DNA of 64,000 nucleotides from a bacterium (Candidatus Blackallbacteria) CG13_big_fil_rev_8_21_14_2_50_49_14 (GCA_002783405.1 PFGG01000035.1:194940-258939), one strand, 5' to 3'. Counted from the first letter of the stretch, positions 28,927 to 39,031 are shown. Notes: generated by a model not told the origin, from the letters alone. Numbers and translations are program-made.

Positions 28927-31859
28927 TAACGCAACCCTCCTCCCAAACTGTTGACCTGCTGATTAAGCGAGCCCAAGTTGCCTGTGATATCGCTGGTACT
29001 GAATGGAAAGGCCAAGAGCGAAAGGTTCAGATTGAACTGTTGATAAAAGGAATCCCAGGAGGCTGTCAAAATAAAATCATGTAAATCTTTGCGCAAAACC
29101 ACTCGAAAAGGAACCACCAAAGCAAAAAGCTCTTCCAAATTCCCTGGAATCGTAGTGGGCTGCACAGAAAAAACCAAGTCCAGCTCAGTATGCCAAAGCC
29201 AGCTGTCGCCAAAAGAAAAGCGCATCGATCCATTTAAGCCATTGATCCGTCCCAAATGAAAATCATAGGCAATATCGCCTCCCAATTCGACTCCCTGGGG
29301 GATTCCACTTTCCAGACCAAAAGTACTGAGAGCACCCGTTGCAAAAATTTCTTGACTGCTTCGCCAACGCATACCCAAGGTTGTATTGTCCCAACGTCCA
29401 CCAAAAAGAGAAAAGCTGCCCACATCTTCCTGGTGAATGGGAATCATCGCACCATTGACAGGATCTCCATGTCGATAGACATAACCATCTGAATCCTTAA
29501 GAAAGCCCCCCACTTCAGAATCTTTGATCGCAACGGGGGTATAGGCCGTATGGGCTCTTAAAATAAACTGGTTCCCAATCTGAGAAGTAATATTGCTCTG
29601 AATTTGCTGGTATTGACGGTTGATATAATCGTAACCGCCATTAAAAGTCCAGGTAAACTCTGGCAAATTCACCAATGAGAGGGTGGCATTTAAATTGTTG
29701 ATCGTACGTAATTGCAAGGGCTCAAAATTAGCAAAAGGCGAATTATTCTTGACCTGATCCTGTACGGCCCTTTCATAGGTCAGGCTGGGTATAAAGTAAG
29801 GAGAAAGTTCATTTCTGAGATTGGCACGGGCTGTGAAAATATATTCTGCGTCCTGGGTTTGATAAAGCCTTTGCTCAAAATTGGTTCCACCAAAATTCGC
29901 TTTCATGCCCATGCCCAGATCAAAATCCTTTGAAACCAAAGACAAGCGCAAAAGCGTTCGGCCAATTTCTGTCAAATTATACTGAGTTAAAGCCTGAACT
30001 GGAATTGAGGGATCAAAATAACGCCCCATTCGGGTTTCCAATTGAATTGGAAAGGTATCCTGAAAAAAGGGATTTAGCTGCAAATTTAACTCGGGCAATT
30101 TTTTTATTTGACCCGATGACTGATTTTTGGCTGCTTGTAAATCTGAAGAAAGTGTAAAGAAATCTTCATAATTCAGGCTGAAGGTTCCCCAGTCCAGACT
30201 TTGGGTTAAATTCACCCTGGGTTGCAAGGTTTGTATCAAGGTTCCCACAGAGGTTGAACTGATCCCCGAAGTATTGCTGTTATAAATCAGATTGGTGCTG
30301 AGCTTTGCCTTATCATTGAAAGGCAAGTTCAAATCGAGGGTCGTATTCCAAAGTTCATTTCCTTGTGAAGGCGCAGAAGCAGATTGGTCAGTCTTCAATT
30401 CATTATTTTCAAAGATTTGGGTTCGGCTGGAGTTATTATTTTCACTCCAATTGGTTCGCAAATTTAAATTGCTGTTTCCCAAGACCGCACTCACACTGGC
30501 GGTCCGGTTTTGTGTTCCTGAAATACCTTTTGTTACAGTACGTGTAATATTTTGGCCATTCACCTGATAACGAATATCCAAGGGACCATTGACTGATTGA
30601 TTGAGACTTAAATTGCTGTTGACCTTCAGTTCACTGCTCGGATCCAGTAAAAACAGCTGATTATCCGTCAGGCGAAACTCAAAGCTTTGACTTGGATTTC
30701 TGGTAGCCTGATAAGCTGAAGTATTGTAAAAATCCTTATCTTTAAAACTCAGTTCAAGTTCGGTATAGGGCAATAATTTCTGCTTGTGGCGAAACTCCAG
30801 ATCATGGTCCTGAAATTTATTTCTACCCCAATTGGCGACTTGATCCAACCAAGTAACACTGCTCGTCTGTTGGGTTGTCAATTGAGTACTGGCCTGGTCA
30901 TTGACCTCAGCATTGGGCCCAGAAATCAGAGCACCCGCCACATCTTGAATATTGGCGGTAACTGGCAGGCCATAAAAATAGAAGCGTGTGATTGAATTGG
31001 GAAAAGCAACCCAATCATGTTGAAAGCCCAGCCCCACCCCTTTATTTTGCATCAGGGTGGCATACCAATAACCATCATGAAAATCATTCCAATGGTAATA
31101 GCCCTTAAACTTTGTAAAAATACCCTCTACCGCATTTTGTCCGACATCAATATCCGGCTTTTTGATACCCTCAGGGCTTTGGAGGGGAATCAACCAAAAA
31201 GGAAACCAAAACGTCTGTTTTTCAAAAGCCAGGATCTGAGCATTCCATGCCAAAACACGATCGCCTTCCAAATAATCCAAAACATCGGCTTCAATTGCAT
31301 AGTGGGTCCATTGGCGTCGCATATTCTGAAGGGAATGAATGTCTTCTACCTGTTGGCTACTTGACTGATGTTCCTTGTCATAATGGTTGCAAGTGGTATA
31401 GAAGCCTTTTAAAAAGACGACCCGCTTGCCATCCTCATAGGCGACCATGCTTTCCCCCTGGACATAAACTTCTTGTCCAGGAGACTGAGCAGGAATAATA
31501 AGATAGACATTTTTGGCTTCTGCTCTTTTTAAGCGGATATCATAGAGCAATTCTGTCCCCTTGATTGTCCGCTTCTTACCCTCAGATGTCGTCTGAACAA
31601 TTTCAAAGGGAACCTGACTGGCCAGGGTTTTGTTTTCCGTATCGTAATCCAGTTTTTCACTGGTAATCACCAGATCTCGAACCTGCATTTCAACATGTCC
31701 TAAAAGCCGAAAGACTTTCTCGGCTTTGATATATTCAATCCGATCAGCCTTATACTTGACCTTTAATTCTTCAGCTTGAACAGGCAGCAAAAAAACGCAG
31801 CCCCCCAAAAAGCCTGCGAGAAGAATAAAAAATACATGCGGTTTAAAGATTGAGTTCAC
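28926..31859 (-). CDS. lptD: LPS-assembly outer-membrane protein LptD (OstA/Imp family)
   Basis: Signal peptide, an N-terminal OstA-like domain, and a ~800-aa beta-rich barrel region ending in aromatic residues. Co-directional with lptG. Confidence 0.7.
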   Translation of the reverse strand: MNSIFKPHVFFILLAGFLGGCVFLLPVQAEELKVKYKADRIEYIKAEKVFRLLGHVEMQVRDLVITSEKLDYDTENKTLASQVPFEIVQTTSEGKKRTIKGTELLYDIRLKRAEAKNVYLIIPAQSPGQEVYVQGESMVAYEDGKRVVFLKGFYTTCNHYDKEHQSSSQQVEDIHSLQNMRRQWTHYAIEADVLDYLEGDRVLAWNAQILAFEKQTFWFPFWLIPLQSPEGIKKPDIDVGQNAVEGIFTKFKGYYHWNDFHDGYWYATLMQNKGVGLGFQHDWVAFPNSITRFYFYGLPVTANIQDVAGALISGPNAEVNDQASTQLTTQQTSSVTWLDQVANWGRNKFQDHDLEFRHKQKLLPYTELELSFKDKDFYNTSAYQATRNPSQSFEFRLTDNQLFLLDPSSELKVNSNLSLNQSVNGPLDIRYQVNGQNITRTVTKGISGTQNRTASVSAVLGNSNLNLRTNWSENNNSSRTQIFENNELKTDQSASAPSQGNELWNTTLDLNLPFNDKAKLSTNLIYNSNTSGISSTSVGTLIQTLQPRVNLTQSLDWGTFSLNYEDFFTLSSDLQAAKNQSSGQIKKLPELNLQLNPFFQDTFPIQLETRMGRYFDPSIPVQALTQYNLTEIGRTLLRLSLVSKDFDLGMGMKANFGGTNFEQRLYQTQDAEYIFTARANLRNELSPYFIPSLTYERAVQDQVKNNSPFANFEPLQLRTINNLNATLSLVNLPEFTWTFNGGYDYINRQYQQIQSNITSQIGNQFILRAHTAYTPVAIKDSEVGGFLKDSDGYVYRHGDPVNGAMIPIHQEDVGSFSLFGGRWDNTTLGMRWRSSQEIFATGALSTFGLESGIPQGVELGGDIAYDFHLGRINGLNGSMRFSFGDSWLWHTELDLVFSVQPTTIPGNLEELFALVVPFRVVLRKDLHDFILTASWDSFYQQFNLNLSLLAFPFSTSDITGNLGSLNQQVNSLGGGLR

Positions 31860-31866
31860 AACACTA

Positions 31867-32949
31867 TCAGTCTACTTGTATCAGAAAGATTAAGCCAACT
31901 ACCCCAAAAATAATATTGGGTAGCCAGGCGGCAAGCGTAACAGGAATAACACCTAAATTCCCAAAACCTGTGCCCATGGTTTCTGCCACGAAATAGAAAA
32001 AGGTCAAAATGATACTGATAGCAAAACCAATATATCCTCCTCTGGCAAATTTCAGCCCAATTGGAGCAGCAATAATGGCAGCAAAAAAAGTGGCAAAGGG
32101 ACGTGCAAATTTTGCCTGGTACTCAATTTCATAAGCACGCGTTTCCTGCCCCCCTTCACGGGTCGCCAGGATCAGCTCTTGTAAAGATTGAGAACTCATC
32201 TGTTTGGGTTCAATTTCACCTGCAAGGTAATTCTCTACCTTGATTTTGGTTTCGACTTCCAATTCAGAGAAGGTGTATTCCTTTTCAACGAAGGCATTGC
32301 TTTGCCCCGAAGCATAGGTTTGGATCACTCCATTCTGTAGGAGCCAACGCGTACCATTCCAATGTGCTGTACGTGCAGAAATCAAACGGTGTTGATTTTC
32401 AATATTACTGTCAAAAATTAAAACGCCTTCCATTTTCTTTTCAGCTTTGTTTAAGTTTTGAATGGTATAAAATCGAGAGTCCACACCTTTAAACTGAATA
32501 TTGCCCGTTTGTTGAGACTTATCGCCCTTGATAGAAATTTCAGCTTGTTCGCGGGTCGCACTGCTTCTTAAATTCGCCTCAGGCACCAGTTTCTCATTCA
32601 TATAAAACGCAATTACACTGACCAGCATGGAAATAAAAAGCACGGGACGCATAATGCGGCGGCTTCCTGTGCCTGTCGCCCGAATAGCAATCAGCTCAAA
32701 ATCCTTTGACATACGGGCCAAACCGAGGAGTGTTGCAATCATAAACGCAATCGGCAAGCTCAGAACAATAAATTCTGGCATCTTGTAAAGAATCATCTTA
32801 AGCACAAGTTGCCAAGGCACTTTTTTCACAATAATCAGTTGCATATCTTCATTCAGACGCACAGACAACATAATCACAATCACGCCAATAACAACCATCA
32901 GGAAAGGGCGTATGACTTCTGAACTCAGATAACGGTCAATAATTTTCAA
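31867..32949 (-). CDS. LPS export ABC permease, LptF/LptG (YjgP/YjgQ) family
   Basis: 360 aa. Three N-terminal TM helices, a periplasmic beta-jellyroll insert, then three C-terminal TM helices. Confidence 0.8.
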   Translation of the reverse strand: MKIIDRYLSSEVIRPFLMVVIGVIVIMLSVRLNEDMQLIIVKKVPWQLVLKMILYKMPEFIVLSLPIAFMIATLLGLARMSKDFELIAIRATGTGSRRIMRPVLFISMLVSVIAFYMNEKLVPEANLRSSATREQAEISIKGDKSQQTGNIQFKGVDSRFYTIQNLNKAEKKMEGVLIFDSNIENQHRLISARTAHWNGTRWLLQNGVIQTYASGQSNAFVEKEYTFSELEVETKIKVENYLAGEIEPKQMSSQSLQELILATREGGQETRAYEIEYQAKFARPFATFFAAIIAAPIGLKFARGGYIGFAISIILTFFYFVAETMGTGFGNLGVIPVTLAAWLPNIIFGVVGLIFLIQVD

Positions 32950-33115
32950 TGATTTATCCTACTTGTAACCGCTTTAAATAAAAGTTCAGGTTACTAAACC
33001 TCAATTGTAATGAAGAATTTATCCCAGAGGCAACTTAACGGTAAAAGAATACACTTCCAAGTGTGAGAACAAGCCAATGATATACTGAGTCTAGCAATCT
33101 TCAGAGGTATTCTGC

Positions 33116-34264
33116 ATGCAACAGAGACAGGTTCCCTTTCATAAATACAGTTTTAACCATCTCGAAGAATCAGCCATGATCGAGACTCTCCGTTCAGGAT
33201 GGATCACCCGTGGCCCCAAAGTTGCAGAGTTTGAAACCGCTTTTGCTGATTACACTTCAGCGAAACACGCTCTGGCCTTAAACTCCTGTACTGCAGGCCT
33301 GCATTTGGCCTTGATTGCACTCAATCTTCAACCTGGCGACGAAGTCATCACCACCCCCTTGACCTTTGTTGCAACGGTCAATATGATTGTGCGCAGTGGA
33401 GCCACTCCCGTTCTGGCTGATATTGATCCCGCCACACTGAATATCTCTGTAAAAGAAATTGAAAAGAAAATATCAGCAAAGACAAAAGCAATTATTCCAG
33501 TCCATTTGGCAGGTCAACCCTGTGATATGCAACCCATCCTGGAATTAGCACGCAGCAAAGAGATCATCGTCATTGAAGATGCCGCTCATGCCACAGGCAC
33601 AGAATACCACGGTCAACGTATCGGTGCGATCTCTGACATGAGCGTCTTTAGCTTCTATGCCAACAAAAATATCACAACAGGCGAAGGAGGCATGCTCACA
33701 ACCAATCATCCTGAATGGGACGAACGTTTGCGCCCACTTTCTCTGCACGGTCTGAGCAAAGATGCCTGGAAGCGTTTTTCTGAAGGCGGGTTTAAAACCT
33801 ATTTGGTGGAAGAACCTGGTTTCAAATACAATATGACGGATATTCAAGCAGCCTTGGGTTTGGTCCAATTGGGAAAAAGTGAAGACTTTTTAGAGAAAAG
33901 AGCACAGTGTGCCCACTTCTATCGCAAGGAACTTCAAGAACTTCCTGTCCATATTCCTACAGAGATTCCAAATATCCGTCACTCTCACCATCTGTTTATG
34001 CTGCAATTAAATGAACAAAAACTTTCAATCTCACGCGATCAACTGATAGACCAGCTGCATCAACGGGGTATTGGCTCTGCGGTCCACTATTTCCCGATTC
34101 ATTTTCACCCCTTTTATCAGCGTCTCATGCCCCAAGCAATGCAAGAACTACCCTATGCCACCCGAGCAGGGCAGAATTTAATCTCACTTCCCATTTACCC
34201 TGATTTAAGCCAAGAAGATCAGAACTATGTTATTCAGTGTGTAAAAGAAATACTCAACAAATAA
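33116..34264 (+). CDS. DegT/DnrJ/EryC1 family PLP-dependent sugar aminotransferase, ArnB-like (UDP-4-amino-sugar synthase)
   Basis: Strong similarity to the ArnB pattern: SGWITRGPKV..., AIIPVHLAGQPCDM, the PLP-lysine region SFYANKNITTGEGG, and HLFMLQL...ISRDQLIDQLHQRGIGSAVHY. Confidence 0.85.
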   Translation: MQQRQVPFHKYSFNHLEESAMIETLRSGWITRGPKVAEFETAFADYTSAKHALALNSCTAGLHLALIALNLQPGDEVITTPLTFVATVNMIVRSGATPVLADIDPATLNISVKEIEKKISAKTKAIIPVHLAGQPCDMQPILELARSKEIIVIEDAAHATGTEYHGQRIGAISDMSVFSFYANKNITTGEGGMLTTNHPEWDERLRPLSLHGLSKDAWKRFSEGGFKTYLVEEPGFKYNMTDIQAALGLVQLGKSEDFLEKRAQCAHFYRKELQELPVHIPTEIPNIRHSHHLFMLQLNEQKLSISRDQLIDQLHQRGIGSAVHYFPIHFHPFYQRLMPQAMQELPYATRAGQNLISLPIYPDLSQEDQNYVIQCVKEILNK

Positions 34265-34270
34265 AGTTTA

Positions 34271-36142
34271 ATGTTCAAATATACTCTATTATTTTTTGTT
34301 TTATTCTCATTTAACCCTTCTTTCGCACAAATAAATATCGCAACCAAAAACGCAGGAGAAAAAACAGGCGCTTTTCTCGGCCAGCAGGCTTCTCTTTTAA
34401 AATCGCCAAAGCGACAGCTCTTCCCGCTTCGTATCGGCATTTTGCCCTGGTATTTTGAAACACCCGTTCCGCTTTCGCAAGCACTTGAAAGCACATGGGC
34501 CCAGCGGCTCTCTGAAACTCAAAGTGCGCGGTTTCAGTTCAAAAGATTAAGCCCTGAAATTTTAAAAGCAGCAAGTCCTGAACCCCTCTCTTACCCCTAT
34601 CCGCGCAATCTTTGGTCAGAACTTTGCCATAGACATAAAATTGATCTATTTTTACAAACTCATATCGAGAAAACATCCCAGGGATTTTGGTTTAATATTC
34701 AGTTTATTGATGGCATCAGTGGAAAAATTATTAAATCAAATCAAAAATTATTAAAATCAATCGAAATCAATGAGCTTACTGAATTCATTCAAAAGACTTT
34801 TAACGCCCTTCCAGCTTCAGCCAGTGAAAATATCGCCGATTTTGCTGCCCTATCAGATCTCGGTGAGCTGCATATAGAAACTACTCCTGAAGGCATGGCG
34901 GTTTATATTGACGGCCAGATCATGGGGGTTTCTCCCTTGCTTATCAGACATCTTCCTACTGGCGACCACCAAATCAGCGTACGCGAATCAAAAACCTTTG
35001 AATATCAGATTCTTCGTCTGACCAGCAATCCGTCTGGGGTCACTGTATTTATTAACCAACAGAATGAAGGTCAAACCCCTCTCTCATTGCCTTTTGAGCT
35101 ACTCAAAACGCCAGGAAGCTATCTGATTGAATTTCAAAGCAATACAAATTTTAAAGCTGATCTTGAAATTTTAACCCAACCCGATGGGGTACCATTTCAA
35201 CTGGACCAAAACACTCTTCGCCGCAGTCCTGTGACCTTTCAACAATTAAGTAATAAAACCTATAGGCTTCAGGTTCTGGGAAACCATCCTGTTGAAGTGA
35301 ATTCCTCAGTGACGATAGAAAAAGACAAACAAGAAGCCCAGCAACTCAAAATCACCCCATATAAATTTGCAAAGGTGGTCATCGATGCATCTGAGGAAAG
35401 TACTGAAATCATCTTGAACCAGGAAAGCAAAGGTGAAAGTCCGCTCTCTCTCAATCTCAGTGAAGGTTTTCATGATCTGCTCTTAAACAAACCCCGTTTT
35501 AAACGAATTTCTCAAAAATTGCAGCTAGAAGCCGGAAAAACCTATGACTACCATTTTCAATTAGAGACCAAGAGTATTGATACTTCGATCTTTTTAACCC
35601 CAACAGGTGAAATCAGTCCACATTTCAATATCTCAAGCAAATTATTCGGTTTAGCAAACTACAAAGCCAACGCCACCAGCAATGCGATGGGAGCTGGTCT
35701 TGCGAGTCTTGAGGTAGACTATGGCTGGCCTGCCCTGGGAAAATTTTACAATTTTCTGGATCTGGGCCTGAGTTTAGGCGGCTATGCTGCCGTTTTACAA
35801 AAGGGTGATCAGTTCAGTACCCTGCAAGGGTTTGGTGGAAAACTTCAACTCTTTAAAGAAAACAATGCCGTTCCTGTCTCTGTTGCTGTAGGGGGCTATT
35901 TAAATCTCGACACGCAATCGATTAAACCTGTTGGTTTTATCAGTCTATCGCGTAATTTTTTTGATTTTGCCTTGCACTTAGGCCTGCAAACCCATGGAAT
36001 GAATTTGAATATCGGATACAACGGATTTGATAATTTAAAATTGGGGTTCGTGGTTTTTGCCAATTCTCTATTTGGCCTGCTGACAGAGTCTGGAGAGGAA
36101 ATCTCAACCTTGTACGGGATTCAAGCGGGCTATCGCTTCTAA
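34271..36142 (+). CDS. Secreted PEGA-domain repeat protein with a C-terminal beta-rich (possibly barrel/anchor) region
   Basis: Signal peptide. At least three PEGA-type repeats (TTPEGMAVYIDGQIMGVSPL; SNPSGVTVFINQQNEGQTPLSL; AKVVIDASEESTEIILNQESKGESPLSL). The C-terminus is Gly/aromatic-rich. Confidence 0.6.
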   Translation: MFKYTLLFFVLFSFNPSFAQINIATKNAGEKTGAFLGQQASLLKSPKRQLFPLRIGILPWYFETPVPLSQALESTWAQRLSETQSARFQFKRLSPEILKAASPEPLSYPYPRNLWSELCHRHKIDLFLQTHIEKTSQGFWFNIQFIDGISGKIIKSNQKLLKSIEINELTEFIQKTFNALPASASENIADFAALSDLGELHIETTPEGMAVYIDGQIMGVSPLLIRHLPTGDHQISVRESKTFEYQILRLTSNPSGVTVFINQQNEGQTPLSLPFELLKTPGSYLIEFQSNTNFKADLEILTQPDGVPFQLDQNTLRRSPVTFQQLSNKTYRLQVLGNHPVEVNSSVTIEKDKQEAQQLKITPYKFAKVVIDASEESTEIILNQESKGESPLSLNLSEGFHDLLLNKPRFKRISQKLQLEAGKTYDYHFQLETKSIDTSIFLTPTGEISPHFNISSKLFGLANYKANATSNAMGAGLASLEVDYGWPALGKFYNFLDLGLSLGGYAAVLQKGDQFSTLQGFGGKLQLFKENNAVPVSVAVGGYLNLDTQSIKPVGFISLSRNFFDFALHLGLQTHGMNLNIGYNGFDNLKLGFVVFANSLFGLLTESGEEISTLYGIQAGYRF

Positions 36143-36147
36143 ACAAG

Positions 36148-36876
36148 CTATTTAAAAAGTGCACCCAGACGTTGCCAGAAATTCTTATTTTTTTCCTGTT
36201 CCAAGGCATTTTCCAAACTTGATTTGACTTCTTTTTCCTGTTTCAATTCTTGCTCTAAAAGATTGACCCGTGTTTGGTAAGAAATCTCTTTTTGCACCAG
36301 ATCTTCGCGTAAAGTACCCATTTCTTTTTGGGTATTTGTCCACTGTTCAGGCATGGGCAAGAGCTGTAATTTCTGTTCGTGACGGTGATTGACTTCTTCA
36401 AGTTGACGATTGCGTTCTTCCAATTGTCCTATTTTATAGGTTGCACGCGCATACTTTTCTGCCAACTCATTTTGTTCACGAATGATCTTTTCAAGTTCAG
36501 TCTGATGTTTTTGCAACATTAAGCTGAGATTTTCAAGATTTTTTCCGGGAGTGTCTACTTGTCCACCGGTGATCAATCCTGCCACTTTTTCAACATCTAT
36601 CAGTCCACTTATGTCGACTCCCCTGGAAACAGGAGCAGCCGAAGCGGTTGTGACTTCTGAGGAAGCAGAAACCAAAAGCCTTTTTTGAATAAAATCATGG
36701 CGACTGATAGATGCATCTAAGCGAAGAGGAATATCTATCTCGTTGATTAAGTAGCCTGTACCATGGCGAACAGCAGGCAATTTGCCGGATTTGATCCAGC
36801 GAGAAATTGTCTTTTCACTTTTGCCTGTAATTTTGGCTACGTCTGCCAGGGAATATTGAACATCTACCATTGTCAC
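36148..36876 (-). CDS. HTH_17 (excisionase/MerR-superfamily) DNA-binding protein with a long C-terminal coiled coil (RacA-like architecture)
   Basis: The N-terminus YSLADVAKITGKSEKTISRWIKSGKLPAVRHGTGYLINE matches the excisionase-family HTH. The C-terminal ~120 aa are heptad-rich (ELEKIIREQNELAEKYARATYKIGQLEERNRQLEE...). Confidence 0.6.
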   Translation of the reverse strand: MTMVDVQYSLADVAKITGKSEKTISRWIKSGKLPAVRHGTGYLINEIDIPLRLDASISRHDFIQKRLLVSASSEVTTASAAPVSRGVDISGLIDVEKVAGLITGGQVDTPGKNLENLSLMLQKHQTELEKIIREQNELAEKYARATYKIGQLEERNRQLEEVNHRHEQKLQLLPMPEQWTNTQKEMGTLREDLVQKEISYQTRVNLLEQELKQEKEVKSSLENALEQEKNKNFWQRLGALFK

Positions 36877-36986
36877 ATCGTCCTTGTGTTAGTCAATCAT
36901 ACCCTAGCAAAGGAAAAAAGTCTAGTAGACGTTCTGAATAAAAGGGAAAAAGGCGGAACAAAATGTCCAGAGTAAAAAATAAAAAG

Positions 36987-37058
36987 CTCCGGCAGTAGGA
37001 CTCGAACCTACAACCGATCGGTTAACAGCCGATTGCTCTACCATTGAGCTATGCCGGA
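36987..37058 (-). tRNA. tRNA-Asn (anticodon GTT)
   Basis: The reverse complement folds as a 72-nt cloverleaf: acceptor TCCGGCA/TGCCGGA+G, D-stem GCTC/GAGC, anticodon loop CTGTTAA, T-loop TTCGAGT. No encoded CCA. Confidence 0.85.
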
Positions 37059-37170
37059 ATGAACAAACTGTATATTAAGGGATCCCAGAGACAACGTCAA
37101 GATATTAGCGAAAGGTTCTCACTAAGATTGCTACAAATTCCTAATGAAAAAATAAACAAAGATTAAACCC

Positions 37171-37359
37171 TTAAGGAAAGAAGGACTTGTCTGGTAATTT
37201 TGAGGGGGTATCAAAGCCGCGCATGGTATCCCCCATACTGGCCGCCAAAAGCTGCTGCATGAGCAAACTGGCAGAGACAAAGGCCAAAACAACAGCAACG
37301 GCAATCACAGCGTATTCAACTAACGCTTGACCCCGTTGCCGTTTGAGCGAAAAGGGCAT
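37171..37359 (-). CDS. Flp/Fap-like (class III signal peptide) prepilin-like small protein
   Basis: 62 aa. The charged leader MPFSLKRQRG is followed by QALVEYAVIAVAVVLAFV, resembling the G/xxxVEY processing motif and hydrophobic stem of Flp pilins and TadE-like proteins. No tad/cpa genes are nearby. Confidence 0.4.
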   Translation of the reverse strand: MPFSLKRQRGQALVEYAVIAVAVVLAFVSASLLMQQLLAASMGDTMRGFDTPSKLPDKSFFP

Positions 37360-37363
37360 TCAA

Positions 37364-37900
37364 TTAACGGGCCAAAGCACTCGACAAGAAGTTAATCGGC
37401 ACATAGACATCCAGGCTGGCAGGCCAACCGGCATCATCGGTACCCTCAAGCGTCACCTTGGCCGAAATCTGACTGTTGATACGCCCTTGAGACAGGGGAT
37501 TTCCCAATTCAACCACATGTGAGCTGATAATAGGCAATTCAACCTCACCTTTGGCAGGAATCGGTTTCCCATCTTTGTCAAACTGATGAGAAGAACCTAC
37601 TCTTACGGATCCGGTGATACGAACCACCCGAGGATTCAGAGTTAAAGATTGAGGCAAATATTCAATATTGATCGTATCGTAGGTTACCCCAATACTGCCA
37701 GGCTCACCTTCGAGAACCAAAGTGGGATTTTTAACTTCAGCGGAAATACGACTTTGATCAACCGTATAAGTCACGGAAGCACGCAATCCTCCATTTGTTC
37801 CAGGAGAAATTTTAACTTGTGCAGGAATATTCGTGTAAAGGCCGCAACCAGCAACCACCGAAGCGAGAAGTAATCCAGCCAATTTTTCTTTGAGTTTCAT
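37364..37900 (-). CDS. Hypothetical lipoprotein (178 aa)
   Basis: Lipobox LLLASVVAGC. Beta-rich, with no motif recognised. Lies in an apparent operon with the flanking lipoprotein and Flp-like genes. Confidence 0.5.
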   Translation of the reverse strand: MKLKEKLAGLLLASVVAGCGLYTNIPAQVKISPGTNGGLRASVTYTVDQSRISAEVKNPTLVLEGEPGSIGVTYDTINIEYLPQSLTLNPRVVRITGSVRVGSSHQFDKDGKPIPAKGEVELPIISSHVVELGNPLSQGRINSQISAKVTLEGTDDAGWPASLDVYVPINFLSSALAR

Positions 37901-37967
37901 GACTTATACGCCGTTTCCATTCAATATGCTCTAGACCGCATTATAGCATAAGGTAAGAAATTGTTTT

Positions 37968-38990
37968 TCAGGGCTTGGGAGAGGGTGTCACAACGACAAT
38001 ATTGCTTTGATTGAGAAAATCAGCAGCGCGTAACCCACGTGAGTCTTGAACCAGTTGATTCTTTAGGGTGCCACTTTCAATTTGTAAGGAACGATAATGA
38101 TCTCCATCTTCACGTACGACCATCACCACCCGATTGGGATTTGACTGGTTGGGAGTGACTTCCTCTTTGCGATAGGCAACCTGCTCTTCGCCATAGGCGC
38201 GAATCGCAAGATTTGAAAACTGTGTTAAAAGCGCAGGGTTGACAATACTCTTTGCGACCATTTGATACGCATTTTTGATCGTTTGCGTATCTTGGGTTTT
38301 AGCTGAGAAGTTAAAGATACCATTCATGACAACGGTTTGCTGATTACGCAGTCCATCAAGAGCCTGTTTAGGCTGCTGTTGCGTAAAGAGCGTATCAAAG
38401 GCAGCCAACTCGGTTAAATAACGCTCTGTCGCCTCTGTAATCTGAAAAATACTCGACAAGCTCTTCAAGGCATCTTCAGCTGAAACCAATGTTGCCCCTG
38501 AACTTAAAGATTGCGGTGTTTCATACTGATTCTGATAGATCTGAAGATTGAGATTGATTCCATTTAGCATTTGGTTCAAGGCATCGGAATAGAGCTGCTG
38601 AAACTCTTCTTTTAAAGCTGCCATATCCGTTGTATTATCGGTAGTGCTGGCGGTAGCGGTGGTTAAGGTATTGGCGGCCCCCACCATCGCAGGTAAAACT
38701 TTATCCACCGCATTTTGATAGGCTTCGAGATCTGGAGAAACAAATTGCAAACGACCTGAAATTTGCAAAAAAGCATTGCGGGCCTGGTTCAGAGCATTAC
38801 GCACGGAAAGGGCGGTGGAACCTGCTGAAACATCAATTTGATCTTGAAAAGCTGCTGAAGCTGAAGGCGTGGCAACTGACTCAGCAGGAATATCTCCACA
38901 GGCGACCAAAAGAGAGCAAAGCATAAAACTCCCCAGCAACCGATGGATGGAACGATTCAAAATCAGTTCATTTACAGTTTCGTTCTTCAT
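37968..38990 (-). CDS. Hypothetical lipoprotein (340 aa), mostly helical
   Basis: Lipobox SLLVACG after an N-terminal hydrophobic segment. No motif recognised. Confidence 0.5.
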   Translation of the reverse strand: MKNETVNELILNRSIHRLLGSFMLCSLLVACGDIPAESVATPSASAAFQDQIDVSAGSTALSVRNALNQARNAFLQISGRLQFVSPDLEAYQNAVDKVLPAMVGAANTLTTATASTTDNTTDMAALKEEFQQLYSDALNQMLNGINLNLQIYQNQYETPQSLSSGATLVSAEDALKSLSSIFQITEATERYLTELAAFDTLFTQQQPKQALDGLRNQQTVVMNGIFNFSAKTQDTQTIKNAYQMVAKSIVNPALLTQFSNLAIRAYGEEQVAYRKEEVTPNQSNPNRVVMVVREDGDHYRSLQIESGTLKNQLVQDSRGLRAADFLNQSNIVVVTPSPKP

Positions 38991-39031
38991 TTTATTTCTG
39001 CTCCCTGCTTTTGAAACTTATTATAAGCTGC

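Noticed and set aside
36148-37170. Integrated mobile element at tRNA-Asn implied by the adjacent excisionase-family HTH protein
   Set aside because: No integrase, transposase, phage structural genes or visible direct repeat of the tRNA 3' end within the window. The HTH protein carries a long coiled coil atypical for Xis. Treated as chromosomal.
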